Shown: positions 1 through 14,700 of the stretch, in pieces
Numbering within the stretch: position 1 is the first letter of the stretch
How the letters are laid out: each line of letters begins with the position of its first letter
Origin: Veleropilina oligotropha
Lineage: Eukaryota
Length of the DNA: 64,000 bases
Assembly (NCBI GenBank): GCA_048128005.1
Contig: JBEUKZ010000060.1
Span: forward strand, 186,001 to 250,000
Direction of reading: 5' to 3'
Translations under genes and position numbers: made by a program
The notes under the pieces: model-generated
Told to the model about the DNA's origin: nothing
Database searches by the model: none
What the model saw: the letters and a program-made list of their open reading frames with translations, nothing else

Positions 1-1250
1 TGATGACAATGTGAGTGCTCGATTAAAGTTGGCATTCAACCGCCAATCAATCCTAGCAGAGCAACCACTACCACGAAACAGTCTCCCGCCAGATGAGAAA
101 CAACTGGCATAGGCCAGGCATTGTGGGCTTTATTCCAGAACGGATCCATGTAACCCGCGCCGCCAGTACATCAGTATATTACAGGACTTCACTTTTTCCT
201 GGTCCCGAAACCTAAAACTAATGGCCATTGGCGACAGCACCTTAATCTCTCGCAACTCACTGGTATCTTCGCAAAGAGTAGTTTCAGCATGAAACTATCA
301 TGAAGATAAATGCGGCCATCCTGATGTGTACCTGCAAGTTTCTCTGCACTCAGCGTAACCTTCTGTCTATCGTCAACCCAATGCGTCTTTACGAGAACAA
401 TACAAGCTCTGGAGGCTTTCTTACAGGGTACACATTTACCTCGACGACTGGTTGATCCTCGGGGGCATCCCGGAATCGGTGCCTTCAGTCAACGAGCATT
501 ACTCTGTCATCGGCAAAGCGCCCAGGATTTCAACGAGGCTCAGTTACGTTTCTCCGAGTCAACTTCGATACAGTTCGGTGCACTCTACACCCAGTTTTTA
601 GGACACGGAGGTAACTGCGGCACTTCAACTGGCCGGTGTCCTTGGGCACGGAGTCAGATGTATGGACAAACTTCCGTTGCAGCAGGCATATCATGACCGC
701 TGGGTGGGGCAGTGGAAGGATCTCTTGGCGTAATTGAATCCTGGGTTATTGACTGGTTCCCATATCTCCGTCAGAACCGAATGCCTTTTTGTTTACAGAT
801 GCTTCGAATGAAGGCTGGGGGCTCACCACAACAGTTATGTGACATCTGGTCTTTGGCACCGGAGTTGCGTGATCATCACATAAACTTTTTAGAATTCAAA
901 GCAGTATACCTCGCAATACAGTCTTTCTCGCCTCATCTCTGTCTCTGCAACAAGCATATTATGCTAACAACCGAACACACAACAGTCGTAGCTTATATTC
1001 GACACCAGGTCAGAAGTCGATCGCATCCCCTTTGTGACCGGACAATCGATCTACATCGCCTAGTGATGTCCTTTGGCTTGACGATTTGTGCAAGACGCAT
1101 TTCGGGAAAGTTGAACGTCAGACAGGACTCGCATTCATGGAAATCGCAGGGTATACGCATGGAATGGATGCTACGAAGTGATGTAGCACGGGAATTTTGT
1201 CGCCTGTGCTTGTGGTCATAACCCCAAGGCAATCTATTCGATACACCGAC
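1..1250 (+). pseudogene. Decayed DIRS-family RT/RNase H fragment
   Basis: Frameshifted remnants (IYLDDWLILG, LFTDASNEGWG, HINFLEFKAVY, TTVVAYI, GKLNVR) align with the RT-RH ORF at 57418-59448. Confidence 0.85.
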
Positions 1251-1406
1251 ATCCTTAACCCTGATTGATGTTCATGTTTTCCGTGCTGGAGCTGGCACCA
1301 GATTCGACTATTGCCTTGTTTATTTGGTTAAAGTTTCGAATTGAGTGTATATAGCTTGCCCATGATACTTTTTGGCATATATATGCTTTTGTAGGCATTA
1401 TATGGA

Positions 1407-1657
1407 CTAGCATTGGTACCCGTCTTCGCCGGGCAAGTCCCCCCACCCCATTTTTTTTTTTTTTTTTTTTGGATAGTGCTCCCTTAAATATTTTTTTTTT
1501 TCCCGAATTTTCCGATTTTTTTTCGTGGTAAACCTTCCTTGGGGGACCCCGATTAACCCCCCAAAGTTTGAAGGTCCTAGGTCAAAGCGTCTGGGAGGAG
1601 TTCAACTTGAAACAGACAGACAGACACACATACAATTATAGCTCCATTATATTAAGA
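1407..1657 (-). mobile_element. Short non-autonomous Helitron
   Basis: On the minus strand: A^TC start, (GTCT)n microsatellite, cccg-gcgaaga-cggg hairpin, CTAG^T end. Confidence 0.65.
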
Positions 1658-1754
1658 TGACACCTGGTACTCTGGAAGTGAGATTGAATAAAATTTAATA
1701 TAATTATTGCATAAATGTATGTGTTTTTGAACATAGAAATTTTGGTTAAAGTTT

Positions 1755-2530
1755 TGATACGCCCGTTAACGGGACGTATTATGTTTTCACCCACGTTGGG
1801 CGGGCGGGCGGATAGAAGTTGTCTGCTCAATAAGTGGAGTAATTTTCATCCAATCTTGACCAAACTGGATAAAGATGTTTTTAGCGATAATATATAAGTC
1901 AATTTCGATAACCAGCATCATCAGACCATTAGAACTAGAGTTATGGCCCTTGCAATATTCAAAATGGACAAAATACACAGTGTCCCCTCAATAAGTTGAG
2001 CAATTTTTATTCCTTCTTCACCAAACTTGGTAAAGATGTTTGTAGCGATAATATCTAGATCAAGTTCGACAGCCAGCATCATCTGACCGTGAGAACTAGA
2101 GTTATGGCCCTTGAAATATGCAAATTTGACATGTCCGCTCGATAACGCAAGTAATTTTTATTCATTCTTCACCAGACTTCGGAAAGATGTTTGTACCGAT
2201 AATATCTAGGTCATGTTCCATAGATAACGTCATCGGAACGCCAGAGTTATCGCTCTTGAAATATATAAAATTGACATAATGCACAGTGTCCACTCGATAA
2301 CTCGAGCAATTTGTATTCATTCTCCACCAAACTTGGTAAAGATGATTGTAGCGATAATATCTAGGTCAAGTTCGATTGCCAGCGTAATCGGACTATTAAA
2401 ACTAGAGTTATGGCCCTTGAATTATGTAAATTTGACATGTACGATCGATAATGCGATCAATTTTTAGTCATTCTTCAGCAAACTTGGTAAATGTGTTGGG
2501 TGGGACATAGAAATTTTGGTTAAAGTTTAT
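1755..2530 (+). mobile_element. Helentron/HINE-like element with about five diverged ~150-165 bp internal tandem repeats
   Basis: atacgcccgt..acgggacgtat 5' motif, (GGGC)n, and recurring caccaaacttggtaaagatg...actagagttatggcccttg units. Confidence 0.6.
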
Positions 2531-2605
2531 ATCAGAGTGATTGCGGAAGGCAGGATGAATCAGTTTTGTAACGGACTCTTGTCTAACAGGCTCTTGTTAT
2601 TTTAG

Positions 2606-2720
2606 AGCCCCTGAACATCCAGATGTCTTTGCATGCGGTAACACTAAATTATCTACAAATGATGTGGACAGACAGAAAACTTTGACGATTCAAAGGAAAA
2701 TACTACAACTTCTGGCTCAG
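2606..2720 (+). CDS. per: per exon ([11 protein letters not shown]...[11 protein letters not shown])
   Basis: ttttag acceptor and gtaatg donor; resembles the post-PAC/NES region of PER. Confidence 0.8.
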
Positions 2721-5700
2721 GTAATGTTTTAAGCAACAGATTTAAGTAGAGTATAAAGAAAATAAAACTGCATCAATTTACTAAACAGACAGTCAGTCGA
2801 TGATTGATTTGTGTCCGTTTCGCCGCTGCGGCTCCATAGAGGTTTCTTGAGTTCGCTCCACAGTAAACAGTTATAAACCTAATGTTTCAACACAACCAAT
2901 TTCTATAACTATGATGAATTATTCTATATCATTACAAATCTTTGTACTTGTGTTGAATTTTGTGATGTCGTGATTTTGCTAATTGTATCCCCAGAAACGA
3001 AAGTATCGGCGGATATTATGGTTTAGCGTTCGTTACGTCGCCACGTCTGCGTCCGTCGAGAGATTCCTCGTGATCGCTCTAGACAGGCCGTTTCGTAATG
3101 GAATGTTTTCAAATTTGGTATGTGCATTGGTTGGTTGGGGTGAGGACACGACACCGATATAATTTGGGTGTGGTCCGACCTCCAAGATGGCCGCTGTGGC
3201 CTCCATCTTGGATTTTAAAGCATATTTCCTTGTGATCGCTCTCGACAGGAAATTTCTTAACGGAATGTTTTTAAATTTGGTATGTGCATTGGATAGGGCG
3301 AGGACACGACACCTATATATTTTGGGTGTGGTCCGACCTCCAAGATGGCCGCTGTGGCATCCATCTTGGATTTTAAAGCATTATTCCTTGTGATCATTCT
3401 AGACAGGCCATTTCTTAACTGAATGTTTTCAGATTTGGTATGTGCATAGGTTTGGATGAGGACACGACACCTAGAGATTTTGGGTGTGGTCCGACATCCA
3501 AGATGGCCACCATAATTACTTGTGATCACGCTAGACACGTCATTTCTTAATGGAATGTTTTCAAATTTGGTATGTGCATAGGTTTGGATGAGGACACGAC
3601 ACCTGGAGATTTTGGGTGTGATCCGACATCCAAGATGGCCTCCGCCGAGATTGTTCGTGATCGCACAAGACAGGTCATTTCTTAGCGGAATGTTTTCAAA
3701 TTTGGTATGTGCATAGGTTTGGATGAGGACACGACACCTAGAGATTTTGGGTGTGGTCTGACCTCCAAGATGGCCGCCGCCGAGAGATTCTTCGTGATGG
3801 CTCTAGACAGGCCGTTTCTTAACGGAATGTGTTCAAATTTGGTATGTGCATTGGTTGGGACGAAGACATGACACCTTTTAGATTTTGGGTGTGGTCCGAC
3901 CTCCAAGATGGCCGCTGCCATGAGATTCTTCGTGATCGCTCTAGACGGGCCATTTCTTAATGGAATTTTTCCAAATTTGGTATGTGCATTGGTTTGGGTG
4001 AGGACACGACACCTAGAGATTTTTGGTGTGGTCCGACGTGCAAGATATGGCCGATGTGGTCTCCATCTTGGATTTTAAAGCATTACCGGGGATACATATG
4101 CGGTCACTCGTGACTGAGCGTGCTAGTTTTAATGTTGGGTTTTGATTGCATATCTCTTGTTTCTAATTTGATGAAATTATCTTGATAATATAAAGTGATT
4201 GTGAATGTACTATTGCAGCACATTATCATTCGAAATTCACCTACTTCTGGCCCTAGGCTTGTTTCAACAACATAAATTTATTTTCACACCATAAATCCAA
4301 ATGTCTTTGTTAAATCATGAAAAAACTAGCTGTCTTCGAACATGGAGGAATTGTGTTCATGTGGACCGATATCTTGCAATATTGCATCACCATCGAGCTC
4401 TTGTTTAAACCACATAATAAAGGAATTATTTTCTGAACGATAAATCAAGAAATATTTCTTATGTGATGATGCTGCCTGGATTATGCAGTAAGAAGCTTAT
4501 TGTATCCCTTGACAATAGTCTGGAAAGTATGGTTTAGTCATCGTTCAGTTGCATCCGCCACAGAGATTTCTTCTGTGCCCTCTTCAGTGAAAAGCTTTAA
4601 TCCAAATGATTCAAATTTGGTATGCGCATTAGTTATGATGAGGACACGCCGCCTAATGATTTTTGTCGTTTTCGGAATCAAGATGGTCACCACGGCGACC
4701 ATTTTTTTGGAAGAGATTTCTTGTGCGCTCGACAGTGAAAAGTTATTATCCGATTTGATTCAAATTTGATATATATACACGTTTGGTATTATGAGGACAT
4801 GAAGTCTATCTATTCTCGCTGCCGTGGGAGAGGATTCACTCCCTTGATTTGCTTAGTTGAGTTTATTTTGATCAATGTCTTTCTTTTAACACTTTTGAAC
4901 TATAACTAGTACATAATGTATCGTTTACTTTACTCTTGTTTACATTTCAGCCATTAACATTCTCAAATGAGGATGTAAACCATCATTGCGGTAAGTCTTA
5001 ATATCTCTCTGTTACATACATGCACACCACAAAGTACTTTTAATGATATGTATGATCATCCTTGAGTTAATAGTGGATGAAAATCAGGAACTTTCTGTTT
5101 TAAAATATCAAGCATGCCAAACAGCCACTTCTCCAACATCCACTTCTCCAACAGCCACTTCTCCAACATACACTTCTCCAACATACACTTCTCCAACATA
5201 CACTTCTCCAACATACACTTCTCCAACAGCCACTTCTCCAACATACACTTCTCCAACATACACTTCTCCAACATACACTTCTCCAACAGCCACTTCTCCA
5301 ACATACACTTCTCCAACATACACTTCTCCAACATACACTTCTCCAACATACACTTCTCCAACATACACTTCTCCAACAGCCACTTCTCCAACATACACTT
5401 CTCCAACATACACTTCTCCAACATACACTTCTCCAACATACACTTCTCCAACATACACTTCTCCAACATACACTTCTCCAACAGCCACTTCTCCAACATA
5501 CACTTCTCCAACATACACTTCTCCAACATACACTTCTCCAACATACACTTCTCCAACATACACTTCTCCAACATACACTTCTCCAACATCCACTTCTCCA
5601 ACATACACTTCTCCAAGATACACTTCTCCAACATACACTTCTCCAACATACACTTCTCCAACATACACTTCTCCAACATCCACTTCTCCAATATCCACTT

Positions 5701-8700
5701 CTCCAACATCCACTTCTCCAACATCCACTTCTCCAACATCCACTTCTCCAACATCCACTTCTCCAACATCCACTTCTCCAACATACACTTCTCCAACATA
5801 CACTTCTCCAACATACACTTCTCCAACATACACTTCTCCAACAGCCACTTCTCCAACATACACTTCTCCAACATACACTTCTCCAACATACACTTCTCCA
5901 ACATACACTTCTCCAACATACACTTCTCCAACAGCCACTTCTCCAACATACACTTCTCCAACATACACTTCTCCAACAGCCACTTCTCCAACAGCCACTT
6001 CTCCAACAGCCACTTCTCCAACAGCCACTTCTCCAACAGCCACTTCTCCAACATCCACTTCTCCAACATCCACTTCTCCAACATCCTCTTCTCCAACATA
6101 CACTTCTCCAACATACACTTCTCCAACGGCCACTTCTCCAACATCCACTTCTCCAACATCCACTTCTCCAACATCCACTTCTCCAACAGCCACTTCTCCA
6201 ACATACACTTCTCCAACATCCACTTCTCCAGCATACACTTCTCCAACATACACTTCTCCAACATACACTGCTCCAACATACACTTCTCCAACGTACACTT
6301 CTCCAACATACACTTCTCCAACATACACTTCTCCAACATACACTTCTCCAGCATACACTTCTCCAACATACACTTCTCCAACAGCCACTTCTCCAACATA
6401 CATTTCTCCAACATACACTTCTCCAACATACACTTCTCCAACATACACTTCTCCAACATACACTTCTCCAACATACACTTCGCCAACATACACTTCTCCA
6501 ACATACACTTCTCCAACATACACTTCTCCAACATACACTTCTCCAACATACACTTCTCCAACATACACTTCTCCAACATACACTTCTCCAACAGCCACTT
6601 CTCCAACATACACTTCTCCAACATACACTTCTCCAACATCCACTTCTCCAGCATACACTTCTCCAACATACACTTCTCCAACATACACTTCTCCAACATA
6701 CACTTCTCCAACATACACTTCTCCAACATACACTTCTCCAACAGCCACTTCTCCAACATACATTTCTCCAACATACATTTCTCCAACATACACTTCTCCA
6801 ACATACACTTCTCCAACATACACTTCTCCAACATACACTTCTCCAACATACACTTCTCCAACATACACTTCTCCAACATACACTTCTCCAACAGCCACTT
6901 CTCCAACATACACTTCTCCAACATACACTTCTCCAACAGCCACTTCTCCAACATACACTTCTCCAACATACAGTTCTCCAACATACACTTCTCCAACATA
7001 CACTTCTCCAACATACACTTCTCCAACATACACTTCTCCAACATACACTTCTCCAACATACACTTCTCCAACAGCCACTTCTCCATCATACACTTCTCCA
7101 ACAGCCACTTCTCCAACATACACTTCTCCAACATACACTTCTCCAACATACACTTCTCCAACATACACTTCTCCAACATACACTTCTCCAACAGCCAATT
7201 CTCCAACATACACTTCTCCAACAGCCAATTCTCCAACATACACTTCTCCAACATACACTTCTCCAACATATACTTCTCCAACATACACTTCTCCAACATA
7301 CACTTCTCCAACATACACTTCTCCAACATACACTTCTCCAACATACACTTCTCCAACATACACTTCTCCAACATACAGTCACTTCTCCAACATACACTTC
7401 TCCAACAGCCACTTCTCCAACATACACTTCTCCAACAGCCACTTCTCCAACATACACTTCTCCAACATACACTTCTCCAACATACAGTTCTCCAACATAC
7501 ACTTCTCCAACATACACTTCTCCAACATACACTTCTCCAACATACACTTCTCCAACATACACTTCTCCAACATACACTTCTCCAACATACACTTCTCCAA
7601 CATACACTTCTCCAACATACACTTCTCCAACATACACTTCTCCAACAGCCACTTCTCCATCATACACTTCTCCAACATACACTTCTCCAACAGCCACTTC
7701 TCCAACATCCACTTCTCCAACATACACTTCTCCAACAGCCAATTTTCCAACATACACTTCTCCAACAGCCAATTCTCCAACAGCCAATTCTCCAACATAC
7801 ACTTCTCCAACATACACTTCTCCAACATATACTTCTCCAACATACACTTCTCCAACATACACTTCTCCAATATACACTTCTCCAACAGCCACTTCTCCAA
7901 CATACACTTCTCCAACATACACTTCTCCAACATACACTTCTCCAACATACACTTCTCCAACATACACTTCTCCAACAGCCACTTCTCCAACATACACAAG
8001 TATTCTGGGCAGCATCATTCTGTACCGGGTCATTTATAAAATTTGCTCTGATAACTGAGTTCTGCACACATCCCTGTCAAACATACAGAAACACACGAAT
8101 TTGCATACATGTACGTATATCTTTTAGACCATTGGTTTAACATATATGCAAGATTCGTAATATTGTATTTAGGAAGCAGTTTTTTGGGATGATGTTTTAT
8201 TTATTGTCCCATATTAATTATCCGGTGAAACACATCCCAAACCGATGATTCAAACCCACTTTTGTGAAAAAGAGGAGTCATGCGATCAGGTGAGTGAATT
8301 GTGATTCACGCTCTAATGTCCACCCAACCACCGGTTCATATGTCTAAAGGTAATCACAAGTCCTACGTGTATCACCTGATATGTTTTCATTACTGTTTGA
8401 TCTATATACCTTGAGTGTATATCTATACAGTATGCTTTCTCCTACATCACAAGATGTCAGGCGAGAATTGAGTCTATGGATTGTATTGGAAGTTTCCAGT
8501 GATCATACACTCCTCATCATTCCGGTTTTCAGGTCTCCTTTTCAATATTGCGATTCAATATGTATACTGAAGCAATGCTTAAGTGGCATAATGTTGTTAT
8601 ATGGAAGGTGTGATTAATATATCTTGTCTTTTCAGCCACGAATAACAATGACGCCATGTCGGTTGGTAGCTTCATGGAAGAGCTACTTCACTACCAGGTG

Positions 8701-11700
8701 AGTCCAAGCACTATCGGTTAGTCACTGCACTCTCTGCATGTGCCGCTCTGACAGCCGTGTGGTTTCGGTTGCAAACTCCGAAAATCACTGGCTTGGTTCC
8801 GCTGACGCGAGCAGTAGTGGGTTCGAACCTCGGTTGAGACACAACATTATTTATTCAAGTTATGAGTCACAGTTATTCGTAACCGGTCGGAGAGGGCGCC
8901 GGTTTCCCCAGGCGACCGGGCTTTCCTCTCACGATAATATGGACATGTCCTGCTTTGAACCTAATGATGGTTGGAAGCATACAGGATATTAAGCATCAAT
9001 CCTTTCCTTTTCTCTCTGCATGTACCATATTTATATCTGACTGTAATGGCCTCAGATGGATAAAAGATGGTTGATTGGCAATGTACAAATGCCATCGAAT
9101 TCTATCTACAATTTCAGCTCTGGGAAGATTCCAGTGGCCTGTGTAACCGACAGCTCCAAGGAACCAAAATCACCCAGGCATACGATCAGCTGAACTGCTC
9201 GCACAACATTCAGAGGTGAGAATCCAATGGAAACACATTCCTTGTTACACTCGCCCAAATAGTAGTGGGCGAATGGTATGCAATTGAGTTGGTTAATTTG
9301 TATGTCTTTTGTCCCTGGCTGTTTCTGGTCCCTGGGCACTCCAGCATCAGTGTAGTCTCGAGTGAAGACTCTGAAATCACTGGCTTGACTGCTCTTGATT
9401 ATCAGGAATACATTCAAATCTCGGGTGGAGCAATGGCATTCTTTGTTCAGGTACCAGTCACAGTTGTCTGTAAACGGTCGGAGAGGGCAGGTTTCCCTGG
9501 TTGTAAATATACAGGATATCATGTATCGCTCCAATCTAATCTACTGATTTTCAATCTAATCAATATGAAAAAATATTACTCATTGAATTTGAGTGTAGTG
9601 CTGTTGTGAAGAATTTTTAGCAGTATCTGTGTTAATCATGTAATTTGTTCTGTAGTTGATCGTTTTAGTTCTGGAAATACATGATGTCATTAATTATGCT
9701 TATATGTGTCACAAAGGTTATTAACTCTTTGGCGTCTGGTGGCAGCAAGCATCAAATGCTGCCCAATTCTCATTGAGTTACTTAATACACAGAAGGCAAA
9801 GAGTTAAGTCAGTCAGTCAGAGAAACTGATTGATTTAGGATATAATTAATATTTCATTAAAAATGTTTGTGAAATAACGATCTTTTTCTAGGTATCTTCA
9901 GAGTCAAATGAAATCATGTGCCAAGTCGGTAGCTTCAGTTCAAGAGGAAAGCACCACAGGTAACCGATTTCACTATTTTGGATATTACTTGGTTCTTGGA
10001 AAATAATATGGCATGATTGAAGGCCAGCATTTCTGATAAGATCGTGGAACTGTAACCCTGAGATGTAGTTGGTGTTGTTTTGCTGCATCACGTTTTTCTA
10101 ATATGTGACTTTTTCAGATAACAAATCTTTCAACGGCAGTGATGCATCCAGCAGCAAATGTTCTTCCTCCATAACTCCCATTAAACAGAAGGTAAAAATA
10201 ATATTATATTATATACTGAGTCAAAAAAGAAACTTCACATTCTTTCTTCTGGGCACTAAAAAAGAACAAGAGATGGTAAAATGGTTAAATTGTTATTATT
10301 TCATTGCTGAGATGTGTGTGATGTACTCGATACACTGACAGTGCCACAATCAGTTCCATTAGGCTACACCGCCGTTCCAAAACATGTGTATACAGAATGT
10401 CAAGTCACAAGAATAGAAATTCGAAATTTATCAGTTCAATATCGTGTATGGCCGCCTCGCGCATTCACCACTGCCAAACACCGTCTCCTCATCGACCGCC
10501 TGATGTTTGTGAACACGTGGTTGGGGATTCTGCGCCATTGCTCTTGCAAGGCAGCGCCAAGTTCCTGCAAATTCTGTGGTTGGTGTCTAAGACCACGAAG
10601 CCTTCTCCCAAGTGCATCCCAAACGTGCTCGATTGGATTAAGGTCAGGGGACCTTGATGGCCAGTCCATGATGTTGATTCCAGCGTTTTGAAGGAAATTT
10701 CGTGTCAACATCGCGGTATGCGGCAGCGCATTATCATGCTGGAAATGTAGACCTGGGCCATGAGCCGCCATGAAAGGAACGAGTTCAGGGGTGAGCACCT
10801 GGTCGCGATAAGCAGCAGCTGTGATGTTTCCACGAATGACCAGAAGTCGAGAACGGTTGTTCCCACAGAAAGCACCCCACACCATGCAACTTCCGGCCCC
10901 GAATATGTCCACTTCCTGCACACAACACTGGGCATACCGTTCACGACGTCGTCTCCAGACTCTATGCCTGCCGTCCGCGAATCTGAGGGTAAACCTTGAT
11001 TCATCGCTAAAGACGACTCTATTCCAGTCTCTTTGGGTCCATCGGAGGTGACGTTGGGCCCACAGCAGACGTTGACGTCGATGAAATGGCGTAAATATTG
11101 GCCCACGATATGGACGTCGAGGATGGAGATTGGCAGCCCGCAACCGATTTCGAATGGTCTGCGAGGACAGTCGACCTCTAAACATCTCAGCCCTGGTTCG
11201 TGCAGCCGGCAGAAATCTCACGTAGGTGACGTAGGACGATGTAACGGTCTTCGGCTCGTGACGTTACACGTGGACGACCCGACCTTGGGCGATCAGAAGT
11301 GGTGCCAGTTTCTTGTAGACGAATTCGCAAGTCATACACAGTACGACGGCTGCATCCCATTGCTCTTGCGACGTCAATAACTGATCTTCCCACGTGTACA
11401 TGCCAACGGCACGTTCACGTTGCACATTTGACAATCGTGGCATTTAAAGTACCGTTAGAACCGTGGTTTAAAAGTGTTTTTTCAATTCCTGAGGCCAATG
11501 CAAACAAGGCCAAATAAAAATATATGTGTGTTTCCGGTTACCCGACCCTACCTACATATTGGTGCCGACCCTAAACTTTTTATGACGATTTTAAAATAAA
11601 ATAAAAAGAAATGACGCCGACCCCCGACGTTTACCTATTGATTTTTATTTTCCATACACGTTTTTCTTTTTTTGCATGTTATACTAAATAATACTTAATT

Positions 11701-14700
11701 ATAAAGAACTTTTACAACTCGCTTTCATAGAATATTAAAATCTAACGTGCCATCATCATTCATGGATAACACTTTTTGAACAAGTTTTTCATATGATTTT
11801 TGCGACAACTTGAAAATTGGATCAGTCTTAATTACGTATACATCTTTATTCACAAAACAATGACATACCGATGAAATGTGCGACACGTTCTACGTTGTCG
11901 GTAACTCCGCTGTGAAATTTCCGTCATACAGCATATTTTTTGCGACCAAAGAATCGATCGACACATGGAAAACAAGCAGCCATTGTTTCTAAGGGGTTTA
12001 CACGAATCAAATCACGGTTGTTTACGATCGCACTTCGGCTGTTTCCGTGATTATAAAACGCATTGAAAATTAGTTTCGGCAATTAATTTTGCGCTAACAA
12101 TGAAAATACTGTCGGGTTTATTCAAAGTTAACAATTGTATTATGTTGACAATGAATGCATGTCAGATAACGATATCTACGGGGAATACAAGCTTTATATT
12201 AAAAGTAAAAGTTGTCGCCCTATACCAATAACTAGGTTATGTCAAAAGGGGATTTCCACAAAATATCAGATTCACCATCTTCAGTATGGAACAAACGATC
12301 GATAAAGAACATTGTAGAATTTCTCATGATGGACCAATCTTATCATATTGAAATATTTATTTAGTCGGTTTTTTGATAAATGGAAATCAAGGAAATATAT
12401 AACATTTTATTTAATGTAAATTGTCTATTTATTAAATTGAATATAATTATTATTATATAAACAATCCATATAAACAAACAGTTGTAAAAATATATTTAAT
12501 ACACAAGGGCATTAAAAACAATAATTGCTCAAATTATGTAATATGTTTTTTATTTCGTAATGTGTTTTTTATTTACAATATTGTCACTTCTCTCTGTCAG
12601 GTCTGACTTCTCCTTGTTGGCTCTCAAAAGTGAAGTCGATTCTCCCTGTTCATTAACACAGCTTGACCCCTGTGTTGCAATTTTGTAAATTAGACGTTGT
12701 TTTTACTTATCTTTAATCCGTTGATATCATTGCAAAATGTAATAAAATACCGCATAACATCTCGACCGCGACTTGGCGACAAACATCTATTCAATAATTG
12801 GAACTCTCTAGTGAATAAAAGTTCGCTTAGTTGTATGTTATTTACAGAAAATTTTATTGAGCCACTTAATTTAAAGGTGAGTTCCACTTTAATACCAACT
12901 AATACAAGCTACTGTAGCATCATCATCGTTGTCGGTTTCCGTCGAAGAAATTGTTAGTTGTCTGCTTGTCCGAAATGAAGTTTCCTTTAATAATATAACG
13001 AGGCCGTTTTTTCCATGTGTATCTGATCCATTCAAAGTATAGTGAATCTGATAATAACAGTATTACGTATGTCTGGCAGGCGCAAATTATTGCCAATATC
13101 CTGTTCAATATTGTTTTAAAATAAAGGGATATAACTATATCATCTTATGAACCATGCATTGGATCCAGATTATTTGTGAAAGATTTATGTATAAAGTTGT
13201 ATACAAAAATGCTCCCATGGTTGTGTAAATTTGCCATGAAATACAATGTTTGTAATAGTATTATATACATATAGACAAGTCTTGATAACCACATTTATTG
13301 CACTGTTACACTACGCAATATTGATCAGTTTGTTGAAAGCAAAAAAAAAGTTGATGGCTGCCTACCTACCCTAGTAAATTGGTAATAAAAAGATTTCACA
13401 AAAAAAAAACATTTCACCTACCTACCCTACCTATTTTTTTTGACAATGTAATAGGAAACACACATATAATTTTATTTGGCCCAAGTGCAAATGAAATCAA
13501 CATCGATGTGAAGATTACGTGACCGACTGCACGTACAAAACCTGATTTGGCACTAACGTCATTTGCACGAGGAATGGATGAGTTTGAGGGGGGTTTGCTA
13601 ACGTTTTTCTAGCGTCGAAAGATAGGGATCCCATTTCGGATACATAGATGTATCATCAGAGAAAATTTATTCATTACTTTTTCAAATTACATTTTGTGAA
13701 GTTTCTTTTTTGACTCAGTATATATTCATTTGGAAATCATAAATATTTTGCATACATGATCTCAATCATACTATAGATACGAAATTGATCCAAACACCTC
13801 TCTGCTGTGTTGTTGACGTGACGTCCTAATGCTGCATTTCATGTTACTGATAATGTTTAGTACTAGTTAAAAAATTCTTGTTCCTTGCCTATAGACTGGG
13901 CCATATTTCAGGAAAAGAAAGTCCTGTAGGCATTTTTGAGGAAAAGGGACCAAACAACTTTTTCTAGAGTGGTTTTTCGTGCTGAATACGAATATTTTGT
14001 TTGGACATCTCAGTTTTGCCTAATTAGGTCAGAAATCTAGGTCAAAGTTCAATAACTAGGTCATTTACTATATTTGACCAAAAATGTACATAATCACAAG
14101 GCCTAATGGGATATTGAAAGAGTCCATTAAAATTACTGACCGTTAGGGGTGTGGTAAGCATTGTATTTGACAATTAAATAGAAAATGTGAAGCATATTTA
14201 TCATAAAATAGCTCATATCTCCTTTATTACTCAACATTCCACAAAATTATCACAAGTTCACTGATACATTTCAGTGGCCATTAACTTTGCTGGGAATAAC
14301 AGTAGACACTGTTTCCAATATCTTTTTGACTATTTCCAATGGAAATGTAATGTTGGTTGGCATCAGAATGGGTCAAAACTTGGTCAACGTTTGACCTACA
14401 TGTATTTGCAAAATGACCATTGAATATGCATGTCTAGTTTATTTTGCTGAACATTGCTAAGGTATCTATTCTAAAGTGTGATTCATTGGTCAGGATTGTG
14501 ATGTTTCAGACGGATCCCATCCATCACCACCCATACGTAGACAAGAGAGAATATTTGGTCCAGTCTAGGGTTCTCAGCATAGGTCAAGATATAGTGTTCA
14601 CTGCATCTGGGGAAAGGAAAACATGTAGGTCTTGGCCATACACTGCATCAAGCTACCAGATCGAAATCACTTGTAGAAATGTTTCATAATGCTGGGCATA

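Larger units (their letters stand above)
10214..13720 (-). mobile_element. Tc1-family DNA transposon, interrupted by an insertion
   Basis: 26-bp TIR tactgagtcaaaaaagaaacttcaca, TA flanks, and a DD34E transposase. Confidence 0.92.

Noticed and set aside
2983..4128. CRISPR-like repeat/spacer array (also considered for 34540-35600 and 40954-41490)
   Set aside because: Whole units are repeated with no unique spacers, there are no cas genes, and the context is eukaryotic.
5043..8140. ORFs of 750-1000 aa in several frames (TYTSP, NIHFS, MLEKC, VYVGE repeats) as real genes
   Set aside because: A stop-free 15-mer opens all frames; a 4-nt insertion shifts frame mid-array; the array lies in a per intron whose flanking exons join in phase.
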